IMG/VR virus record: IMGVR_UViG_3300025608_000030 | Location: 1 to 52,044 of that record | Length of the DNA stretch: 52,044 nucleotides | DNA from: a virus | Lineage: Duplodnaviria > Caudoviricetes | Direction: 5' to 3' (one strand) | Shown: in pieces, positions 44,247-52,044 of the stretch | Layout of the letters: each line of letters begins with the position of its first letter | Position numbering within the stretch: the first letter of the stretch is position 1 | Made by a program: the position numbers and the translations under genes | The notes under the pieces: generated by a model | Seen by the model: only the letters and a program-made list of their open reading frames with translations | The model's database searches: none | Told to the model about the DNA's origin: nothing

Positions 44247-44915
44247 ATGGGATGGTTGAGTCGAATATTTAATAAGAAAAAAAAGATGGATCTAAAGGAA
44301 AAAACTTTACCCGAAGTCAAAGAAGAATTATCCAAATATGATTTCCAATGGATAAAGGGAGATAAAATGGGAAATGTCGAAAAATTTCTAGATGTTTCTC
44401 CAGACGAAGCCACTGGAATGACTTTTGTTGAATTTAAAGGCGGTGGAAGAATTAATGTAGAGCTACTCGAAGAATATCTAGATAAATTCCCGGCAACAAG
44501 GGTTGATTTCAAGGACGAGCCTGTCATTACAGAACCTGCTTTAGAACAATCTATTCAAGGAAATAACTTGCCTAGTACTTCCGATAAGCAAGCATCCAGG
44601 AATACAGTTTCTTCGGTTCAGCTGGAAGAATCACCGATATATAAGCTATTAAAAAAACAGAAGGAAAATTGGGTTAATGTTAACATAACCCTTAAGTTAA
44701 ACCTTCCTCCTAAAAGCTTGTATAACGTTTTAATAAGCTCGTTTGATAATGCTGATGATGAAATTATAAACTATATAACTGAGGGTATTGATATAGAGGA
44801 TATAAGATCAGCCCTGGCAGATTCTATATCAAATTACTATGACGCTACTCAAAAGTCAACAAGCAAGAGTTTAAAAAAGAACAAGGAAAAACCAATAGAA
44901 GATGGAGACCAATAA
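44247..44915 (+). CDS. Hypothetical protein
   Basis: 222-aa ORF; GGAAC-N17-ATA variant motif at 44132. Confidence 0.75.
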   Translation: MGWLSRIFNKKKKMDLKEKTLPEVKEELSKYDFQWIKGDKMGNVEKFLDVSPDEATGMTFVEFKGGGRINVELLEEYLDKFPATRVDFKDEPVITEPALEQSIQGNNLPSTSDKQASRNTVSSVQLEESPIYKLLKKQKENWVNVNITLKLNLPPKSLYNVLISSFDNADDEIINYITEGIDIEDIRSALADSISNYYDATQKSTSKSLKKNKEKPIEDGDQ

Positions 44916-45480
44916 AATATTATATGAAACCAAAGGACTAAACGTTGTCGAGAGAGACGGAAGGATTGGAATAGTCCCAACATTTATGAATGTTGTTGTT
45001 ATGCCTTTTGTTTCTGATGATCAAGGATTGCCTCTAGCAATTGGTGTACTTAAGGAGACAAATCCATTTAGAGAAGGAGGTTTAACAATTTCTTTAATTA
45101 CAGGTACGAGTGAGGATGAAGATCCTGATCTTCTTACTACTGCAAAGAGGGAACTTTTGGAAGAGAGTGGATTTAAAGCGGATGAAAATGATAGGTGGTA
45201 TTACCTTGGATCTGTTACTTCTTCCAAATTTGTTGATCACGAGCAGCCTTGCTTTGCTGTAGATGTTACTGGTTTACAAAAAGGAGAAGCAATTACTGAT
45301 GGTAGTCCAGAAGAGCAAGAAATGGAATTTAAATTCATTCCTGCTAATGATGTGGTTAAAGCTAAAGACATATTTATACCTGGTCTTTTCCTAAAATTAT
45401 TTAAGTATGTTTTAGGCATAGATATACAGGGATCCGGAGAAACATCAGGAGATGATACCTTTAAATTTTCAGCAGAATGA
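44902..45480 (+). CDS. Nudix hydrolase
   Basis: Nudix box G..E......TAKRELLEESG. Confidence 0.85.
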   Translation: METNKILYETKGLNVVERDGRIGIVPTFMNVVVMPFVSDDQGLPLAIGVLKETNPFREGGLTISLITGTSEDEDPDLLTTAKRELLEESGFKADENDRWYYLGSVTSSKFVDHEQPCFAVDVTGLQKGEAITDGSPEEQEMEFKFIPANDVVKAKDIFIPGLFLKLFKYVLGIDIQGSGETSGDDTFKFSAE

Positions 45481-45818
45481 GTCAATCAAGAAGACAAAGA
45501 AGACAAATGGCCAAACAATTTGGCCTGTTGGGTAAAAATGAATCCTTTGACCAGATGAGGGAGAGGATAAGAAGATCCCAGAAAATGGGAAAGCAAATTC
45601 ACCTTAAGAATTTGGAAGATACAAGAAATAATCAAATAGAATCTCAGAAATCTAGGGAGATTGCCTCCGAGGAAAGATTAGCCAGGGAAATTTCAGAAAA
45701 TAATGAGATTGGAGTCGAAGAAAATTTGGAAGTAAACTCAGGTTCATTCGAATTTTTAAATGAACTAAAGGAAGGTCCTCAGGCTTCTGATGAAACGGAA
45801 ACCGAAAATAATGCCTAA
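45477..45818 (+). CDS. Hypothetical protein (basic N-terminus, acidic C-terminus)
   Basis: ATGA-coupled ORF. Confidence 0.7.
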   Translation: MSQSRRQRRQMAKQFGLLGKNESFDQMRERIRRSQKMGKQIHLKNLEDTRNNQIESQKSREIASEERLAREISENNEIGVEENLEVNSGSFEFLNELKEGPQASDETETENNA

Positions 45819-46146
45819 GGACATACCAAAAATATCTTTTTTACTTACCTCTATGTCTCTAAAAGAGGCAAAAAGAAAATACTGCTCTGATAAAACTTAC
45901 TATATTGTTGATATAGGCAAGATTATTAGGGATCTTGGATATGATATGGACGAGTTATCGCCAGAGTCCGAGTTTGTTATAAATTACGCAGTTCAGAAGA
46001 AAATCACACAAGGAATATATAGTACAAGATGTAATGACCTCTTGGTTGTCTATAAGAACATCTCTAAAAAATTTGCAGAAAATTTAGAATATTTTCTCTG
46101 CGAAGAAATGGAAGAGGAGTTTGAGTTTACGATCGAGATAGAGTGA
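45811..46146 (+). CDS. Hypothetical protein
   Basis: Start overlaps the upstream stop. Confidence 0.65.
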   Translation: MPKDIPKISFLLTSMSLKEAKRKYCSDKTYYIVDIGKIIRDLGYDMDELSPESEFVINYAVQKKITQGIYSTRCNDLLVVYKNISKKFAENLEYFLCEEMEEEFEFTIEIE

Positions 46147-46167
46147 AAAAAAATCTTGGCTATATAA

Positions 46168-48138
46168 ATGTCAACCTCAAGCAACACAGGATCTGTATCA
46201 GCAACCCAAGGGTTCACTGATAGACTAAGACAATATTCTCATTTAGGAAACAGCAGTGGAAGTCCTTCCAATGTTGCTAATAGCGCTACTTATGGGTCCA
46301 GAGAAGCACAGCTGGATAGTGCTTCTGCCCAGCTAACTGGTAGGATGTCTAACCTAGGTTCTGTTAATCCTAACAAAGGACCTACTGCTAGAACACTTTT
46401 CTATAATGGTGGCTTTTATAATTCTGATGATGCCAAATTTGGGCAGTTTTTACTTTATTCTTTTGGTAATAACCAAAATAACTTCATACAAGAGTATTAT
46501 AAATCGGAAAATAGGGAATTTAATAGTAATATTTCCCCAGTTTCAAGTGTTACCGGAAGGGGTGCTAGTAAAAACCCTTCAGCAGGTCAACTAGTTAGGC
46601 TTACTCAGGATGTTTTAAGCGAAATTGATGCTACCGCTGGAACTGACAGTCAGGACACCACACCAAATAACAGTACTAGAGGAAATAAATCTCTTATCAT
46701 AGGAGGAGCTTCTGCCCCTTATTACTGGAAAGATTTTTTATATTGTAAATACTACGGTACCATACCAAACAATTATATGGTTACTCTTAGAAGATTCCCA
46801 GCCCCTATGAGAGATAACCTATCTATACCGGAACAACTTTTAGCTAGTGATCTTTATAAAAAGCAAGGGGCTGGAAGACCTGTTGCTCAGGCTGTGACCT
46901 GGTGGGGTGGAAATACTGATAATACTCTCAATGAAATTGTAGGATTTAGCGCAGGATTAGTATGGGATCAGAAAAATCAAGACGATGTAAAGTATCAAAA
47001 GGGGTTTGACCAGGGGTTCTTCAAGAGTGTACTCGGGAGGGCATTTGCTGGTGCTGCAGCAGGATCTGGAGCTGGTGAACTATTAGCAAAGATGGGTGAT
47101 GTTGCAAACCTGGCTGTTGCTGCAACCGATGGTGGGAGACAGGAGGTAACAATACCTAAGATTAACTTTGCTCTCAGGGATAAGATGATTAGTGAGGGGG
47201 GTCCGCTATCTGATTTTATTTTTGTTTCTGTTGATACTGTTGATAGAACCTGGGTTAGAGGTAGAGGTCTAACATTTACTGAAACCCCGATAGATTTAAA
47301 ATTCCATTATGAGCTTACTTCCGTTGGCGAGGTAAACACAAAAGCTGCAATGTTGGATATAATAGGAAATCTACTAGCAATTGGTACAAACTATGGTAAT
47401 TTCTTAACCCCTGATATTAGATATGATAATACATTCCCTGCTATTGGATTTCCCGGTGGTGATGAGGGATTAAATGCTTTTTATTCTGATCCTATCAAGT
47501 GGACGAAAACAGCTATTAAATATCTTTCTGACCCTGACGGTCTTACTATGAATGACCCGCAAGCTCAGCAGTTTAAAGAATCTGCTAATTCTGTAGAAAA
47601 AGCAGTAGCAGAACTTCAAAGTGTTGTTAAACAATTGGCTAAAAGTGATCTTGGTTCTTTAAATAATCTGATAGAATCTGATTCTGCAATAGGAAACATA
47701 CTTGCTTTTGCACTCGCCGACGACTTTATAGAAAATATACAATTACCGGTGGCCCTACAAACAGGAGCTCCTACTGGAGAATGGCACATGGTTGTTGGTA
47801 ACCCGATGAATCCCATTGCTATGGTTGGTAATTTAATTTGTGAGGGTGTTAACATAGAATTTAGCGAGGTTTTAGGTCCCGACGATTTCCCAACTGAAGT
47901 GATAGCAACATTTAAGTTAAAACATGGTAGAGATCGGGAGAGAGGTGAAATCGAAAGCATGTTTAATAGAGGCGACGGAAGGCTTTACCAGAGTACTATA
48001 CCTACGTATGCAAGCAACCAATCTTCGTTCAGTCAGGGACTAAGTAACGGTCAGACAGTTCAGAATTTTAAAGGTGGTTCACCAACCACAGACAGCCCTA
48101 ATGATATATCTGCTAGACAGGGAGCACAACCTTCATAA
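46168..48138 (+). CDS. Putative baseplate/tail protein
   Basis: GEWHMVVGNPMNPIAMVGNLI...DDFP; precedes a gp53-like gene; GCTATATA variant at 46159. Confidence 0.55.
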   Translation: MSTSSNTGSVSATQGFTDRLRQYSHLGNSSGSPSNVANSATYGSREAQLDSASAQLTGRMSNLGSVNPNKGPTARTLFYNGGFYNSDDAKFGQFLLYSFGNNQNNFIQEYYKSENREFNSNISPVSSVTGRGASKNPSAGQLVRLTQDVLSEIDATAGTDSQDTTPNNSTRGNKSLIIGGASAPYYWKDFLYCKYYGTIPNNYMVTLRRFPAPMRDNLSIPEQLLASDLYKKQGAGRPVAQAVTWWGGNTDNTLNEIVGFSAGLVWDQKNQDDVKYQKGFDQGFFKSVLGRAFAGAAAGSGAGELLAKMGDVANLAVAATDGGRQEVTIPKINFALRDKMISEGGPLSDFIFVSVDTVDRTWVRGRGLTFTETPIDLKFHYELTSVGEVNTKAAMLDIIGNLLAIGTNYGNFLTPDIRYDNTFPAIGFPGGDEGLNAFYSDPIKWTKTAIKYLSDPDGLTMNDPQAQQFKESANSVEKAVAELQSVVKQLAKSDLGSLNNLIESDSAIGNILAFALADDFIENIQLPVALQTGAPTGEWHMVVGNPMNPIAMVGNLICEGVNIEFSEVLGPDDFPTEVIATFKLKHGRDRERGEIESMFNRGDGRLYQSTIPTYASNQSSFSQGLSNGQTVQNFKGGSPTTDSPNDISARQGAQPS

Positions 48139-48150
48139 AATTTAATTACT

Positions 48151-48735
48151 ATGCTTGGAATAGACACATTATCAAAAAATAAAAATATCTTTAATCCAGA
48201 TTCTGAACAACAACAGCGGAACTATGGAATATGGGATATTGCAAGATCCAGTATTTCTTACGTGAATGTGGATGTGAAATTTAAGAAATATTTTGTTACT
48301 AAGGATGATTACCAAATGAGACCGGATTCGATGGCTTATCAGATTTATGGTGATATGGCTTACACCGGTACTCTTCTTAAGATTAATTCGATTTCTAATC
48401 CCTTTGCTATTGACGTAGGAGAGGTTTTTGCTGCACCTACTACAAAATCTGTGGATAGCATGTTTTCTACTAAGGCATCACTATTAAAAAAAGATGAATC
48501 CAACAATAATCCAAACTCCCAATTTAGGAAATCTCAAGAACAGAGAAGGTTTAAGGTTAGTGATTCTAGGAAAGATTTCTTAGCTAAAAGACTTAAGGCT
48601 AAAAATCCTACCCCACAAATACTTCCTCCTAATGTAATGCAAGATGGTGAAAGACAAACTGTTAGAACTAATTCTGTTATAGGTCTGGCCCCTGACGTGA
48701 GTAATGCGGTACCAAATCCAAACGCTAACATCTAA
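48151..48735 (+). CDS. Baseplate wedge protein (gp53/LysM-like)
   Basis: RPDSMAYQIYGD...LLKINSISNPF motif. Confidence 0.7.
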   Translation: MLGIDTLSKNKNIFNPDSEQQQRNYGIWDIARSSISYVNVDVKFKKYFVTKDDYQMRPDSMAYQIYGDMAYTGTLLKINSISNPFAIDVGEVFAAPTTKSVDSMFSTKASLLKKDESNNNPNSQFRKSQEQRRFKVSDSRKDFLAKRLKAKNPTPQILPPNVMQDGERQTVRTNSVIGLAPDVSNAVPNPNANI

Positions 48736-48740
48736 TAGGC

Positions 48741-50240
48741 ATGCCATCTGAACAAATAGTAATAAATAACTATGCTAAAACTAGTATTCGACTAGACGAG
48801 CTTGTTGTTCCTAACCGATCTGGACAGGAGAATCCGAATCAGCCTTTGTTTAGTGATACCGATGATAAATCTTGGGGTGCATATAGACCTGTAGTTTTTA
48901 TAAATGGATATTACGTAGACAGGTACATGGATTATTTTGAGTTTTCTCAGATTGATTTTCTACCAACACTTAGGGTTAGTTTTACTATGGATGATCCTCT
49001 TTTTATAAGTGTGAATTATCCCAAGGATGGCGATATTATTTCCATGTATGTTAGATCAAAGGAAGAGGTTTACAAGCCAATCCGTATGGATTTTAATATA
49101 CTGAGTGTAAGATCTTCGCAATCACAAGATCCTGAGGGAAATAAAATAAGGTTCACTATACTTGGTGAAACTAGAGTTCCCGGTCTATACTCTGAGATTT
49201 CTAAAGCATATAGGGACATGACATCCTATGATGCTTTATTTGAAGCATCGCAGGATTTGAACCTTGGATTTTCCTCTAATGACAGTGGTCTTACCGATAA
49301 TATGACCTGGATTTGTCCAAACTTTTCTTTGTACAATTTTGTTCATGAGGTTGCTGAGAGAGCCTATAAAAACGATGAGAGCTTCTATAAATTGTGGATA
49401 GATCCTTATTACAACTTGACCTTTGTCAACCTGAATAACCAGCTAACTGCTACCGATTACGTCCAACAGGTTAAGGTCATTCGTGGAGGAGATGAAGCAA
49501 ACGATACTTTTATCTCTGGTGCTGAGTTGGATATGCAAGAAATGCCTTTGGCTCTAACCAACCAAAATGGATCTGGGGATCTCCCATTCTTCATAAACAA
49601 TTTTACCCTATTATCTAGATCTGGTAATATGTCCAATAAGTATGGGTATATCCAAGAGGTCCAGTTTTATGACGAGGCTATTGTACCTGATAACTCACCA
49701 ACAGAAAAATATGTAAATTATACTATAGAAGCAGGAACTTCTGAGACTGTGGGTGAGAACCAGGTATTGCAAAAGGGTAGACCGAAGGAAGATCTTTACA
49801 AGGTGGAGATAAGAAAATCTTGGTATGGATCTTTAAATAACTCACCTTCAGGTGGTGGTGTCCATGAGAATTTTATACAAGCTTTAATTCAAAATGAATT
49901 TAATCTGGGTGATTTGGAGAAATTTACTTTAAAAGTACAGCTTAGTGGTTATTATGGTGGTATCTACAGGGGTCAGGCAATTCCTGTTTTGATATACGCT
50001 AACGATCAGGGTAAGAGAAAAGAAAATACCGGAGTTTCTAATGACCAAAAACCCGAGAGCGATGTAAACCCAGTTTTGGATAAATTCCTTTCCGGTGTTT
50101 ATATAGTAACCTCTATGGAAGTAAAATATGAAACACTTGGTGGGATGTACCAGGTTCTCTATTTGAATAAGAGAGAATGGACCTTGAATAGCGCTGGCGC
50201 ATTTCCTAAGTCTTTCCCTATTAATCTACTTACCGGATAA
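48741..50240 (+). CDS. Putative baseplate hub protein (gp27/GPD-like)
   Basis: Context, plus WIDPYYNLTFVN and C-terminal LSGVYIV. Confidence 0.5.
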   Translation: MPSEQIVINNYAKTSIRLDELVVPNRSGQENPNQPLFSDTDDKSWGAYRPVVFINGYYVDRYMDYFEFSQIDFLPTLRVSFTMDDPLFISVNYPKDGDIISMYVRSKEEVYKPIRMDFNILSVRSSQSQDPEGNKIRFTILGETRVPGLYSEISKAYRDMTSYDALFEASQDLNLGFSSNDSGLTDNMTWICPNFSLYNFVHEVAERAYKNDESFYKLWIDPYYNLTFVNLNNQLTATDYVQQVKVIRGGDEANDTFISGAELDMQEMPLALTNQNGSGDLPFFINNFTLLSRSGNMSNKYGYIQEVQFYDEAIVPDNSPTEKYVNYTIEAGTSETVGENQVLQKGRPKEDLYKVEIRKSWYGSLNNSPSGGGVHENFIQALIQNEFNLGDLEKFTLKVQLSGYYGGIYRGQAIPVLIYANDQGKRKENTGVSNDQKPESDVNPVLDKFLSGVYIVTSMEVKYETLGGMYQVLYLNKREWTLNSAGAFPKSFPINLLTG

Positions 50241-50264
50241 ATATAGTAAAATAACCCACATCAT

Positions 50265-52044
50265 ATGGGAATTAGAGCAACAGATAAAAATAGGAATTTA
50301 TTTTTAAAAGGATTTAAGTTATCTGAATCTGGAAAAAACGAAGACCCGACATATTTAGGATTTAAAATAGTTTTTGATCCTGGCATACTTCCAATAAACC
50401 CGGACTATGGGTGGGCACCAAGTCCTCTTTTAAGAGCACAAAATTATACATTGACCAACGGTGCTGGTGCTGCAACAAATCTTGGTAATCCTTTTGGACA
50501 GCCACAATATGAAAGAAGAGAAAGTGATGTAACATATTATTCAGCATATAATTATTTATTGGAGAGGGAAGCTAATTTTCCTGGCGGTGATACACAAAGG
50601 AGAGCACAGGCGATTAGACAGTTCCAAAAACTCCTTCAGGAGATAAATACAAATTCTCCTTGGTTTTTCCAGTCGATCGAAGGTCTAGATAGACTTGATA
50701 AAATATCTAAGAGCGGATTTCAGGATAGTGATGGGGCTGATTCTTTTAGTCCACAAAGGACCCAAGATAAAACACTAACCATAAATTGCTTAGAGTCTCT
50801 TAATTTAAGGATTACTGCTTTAGCTGACCTTTACAATCAGGCTACATTCGATGCTGATAATATGAGGTACCTTGTACCAAGGAATATGAGAAAGTTTACA
50901 ATGTGGATATTTGTAACTGAGATCAGAAATTTCTTTAAGACTAGTAGACTCACCGCTTCCAGTACTGCACTGGCAGCTATTGATAATTTATCTTCAACAT
51001 TAACGACTAACAGAAATCCCGGATCCTCCATAAATTCCCAGGGTAATGGACAATATAGCGTAGATGGATTTAATCTAGGTTCTGAAAGACCTGATCCTGG
51101 AGGTGGAGGAGGGGCTTTTTCATCTTTTGCTAGAAATGTATTCAGCGGATCAGGTCTCCAGAATGACTTTGAGGCATTCACAAATCAACAGGATCAAAGT
51201 GGTATAAAACCCGTCATGGTTTATGAATGTAGTCAATGTGAGTTTGATTTTAGCGATAGTACACCTCTAACGAATGAGACCGATATGGGATCTAGTACAG
51301 CGGATCCTGAAAAACAATCATTCAAGATACATGTTGGTAAGGTTAGAATGAAAAGTCAATATCCAAATATAAGGCAGGATAGAAAACCCTTGGTTTTGGC
51401 TGATGGGTGGGATCAAAACAGATCCAGCTACCAATTTTTGGGTGATGATACTTTATCTTTGGAAGGAATAATAGGTGCAGGACAGCAAGCTTTAACTAAT
51501 ATAGTTTCTAATGCAGTTTCTGACTTGGTTAATGAAGGGATAAATCAATTTATAGACCCTGTTCTTAGTGGTATAGACCAATCTCTCCTTGGGAACATTT
51601 ATTCTTTCAATCCGTCACAGTTATCAAGAATGACAAGCCAAAATGGATCCTTTGGGTTCAATAATTTGGAAAATTTTCTAAATGGGGCTTCTGAAACTGG
51701 CATTGATAATATATTTAAGGGTAATCTACCAAATCCACAAACCATGGGGGAAGGTGGACCGAGGGAGAGAGTGTATCCACCAGTTCCTCCAGCGGATGCT
51801 TATGAAAATGTCCCTGGTTCTGATTTGGGTGTTCCTGATAGAGTATATCCAGGTGTAAGCGATGATGTTTATAGTGGAGTTCCTGGGGCAGATCTTGGAG
51901 TTCCTGATAGAGTTTATCCTGGTGTAAATGATGATGTGTACGAAAATGTTCCAGGGTCGGATCTGGGTGCTCCTGATCGTGTTTATGCAGATCCAAGTGG
52001 TGATGCTTATGAAAACGTACCAGGATCAGATTTAGGTGTTCCTG
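50265..52044 (+). CDS. Large tail/baseplate-associated protein, runs off the window end (absent from the ORF track)
   Basis: ATG 50265 (MGIRATDK...EDPTYLGF); the frame matches the C-terminal repeats; GATAAATA at 50236. Confidence 0.7.
   Translation, partial: MGIRATDKNRNLFLKGFKLSESGKNEDPTYLGFKIVFDPGILPINPDYGWAPSPLLRAQNYTLTNGAGAATNLGNPFGQPQYERRESDVTYYSAYNYLLEREANFPGGDTQRRAQAIRQFQKLLQEINTNSPWFFQSIEGLDRLDKISKSGFQDSDGADSFSPQRTQDKTLTINCLESLNLRITALADLYNQATFDADNMRYLVPRNMRKFTMWIFVTEIRNFFKTSRLTASSTALAAIDNLSSTLTTNRNPGSSINSQGNGQYSVDGFNLGSERPDPGGGGGAFSSFARNVFSGSGLQNDFEAFTNQQDQSGIKPVMVYECSQCEFDFSDSTPLTNETDMGSSTADPEKQSFKIHVGKVRMKSQYPNIRQDRKPLVLADGWDQNRSSYQFLGDDTLSLEGIIGAGQQALTNIVSNAVSDLVNEGINQFIDPVLSGIDQSLLGNIYSFNPSQLSRMTSQNGSFGFNNLENFLNGASETGIDNIFKGNLPNPQTMGEGGPRERVYPPVPPADAYENVPGSDLGVPDRVYPGVSDDVYSGVPGADLGVPDRVYPGVNDDVYENVPGSDLGAPDRVYADPSGDAYENVPGSDLGVP
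51795..52044 (+). repeat. 69-bp / 23-aa tandem repeats (D[AV]YxxVPG[SA]DLG[VA]PDRVY...)
   Basis: Units start at 51795, 51864, 51933 and 52002. Confidence 0.92.

Noticed and set aside
440-51996. Numerous minus-strand and short alternate-frame ORFs in the track
   Set aside because: They are shadows of strong + strand genes with Ser/Leu/Phe-rich antisense composition. Only 41932-42666 was kept.
1-52044. Stop-codon reassignment as in some jumbo phages
   Set aside because: Conserved genes are full length in the standard code, and TAA, TAG and TGA all end genes at sensible boundaries.
1-52044. tRNAs, rRNAs, introns, inteins, homing endonucleases
   Set aside because: None were recognised. Intergenic gaps are short and conserved genes show no obvious insertions. 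A covariance-model search was not possible.

Overview
This window is a 52-kb segment of a large, AT-rich, T4-like (jumbo-type) myophage genome, most likely infecting Bacteroidota. The host call rests on TAnnTTTG promoters and A-rich starts without Shine-Dalgarno sequences. Nearly all genes are on the + strand. It carries virion morphogenesis genes: baseplate and tape-measure-like genes, gp4, gp2, two intact tandem gp20 portal paralogs, a gp21 protease-scaffold fusion, the gp23 major capsid protein, and many probable internal head proteins. It also carries two sigma factors (ECF-type and gp55-type), replication and repair genes, and nucleotide- and glycan-related genes. The most notable signals read from the sequence are: (1) duplicated portals; (2) three promoter classes (host TAnnTTTG, GAAAC-N16/17-CTA, late GATATATA); (3) a probable scaffold gene nested in the protease gene with its own late promoter; (4) a candidate -1 frameshift at A_AAA_AAC extending a 911-aa head protein; (5) a shared xxFxxF...[LIV]NE leader on about ten proteins, including a nucleotidyltransferase, suggesting a capsid-loading system; (6) a late promoter embedded in a terminator hairpin; (7) a UvsE-like protein that appears to have lost its metal ligands. 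All homology calls come from motif recognition by eye; no searches were run.
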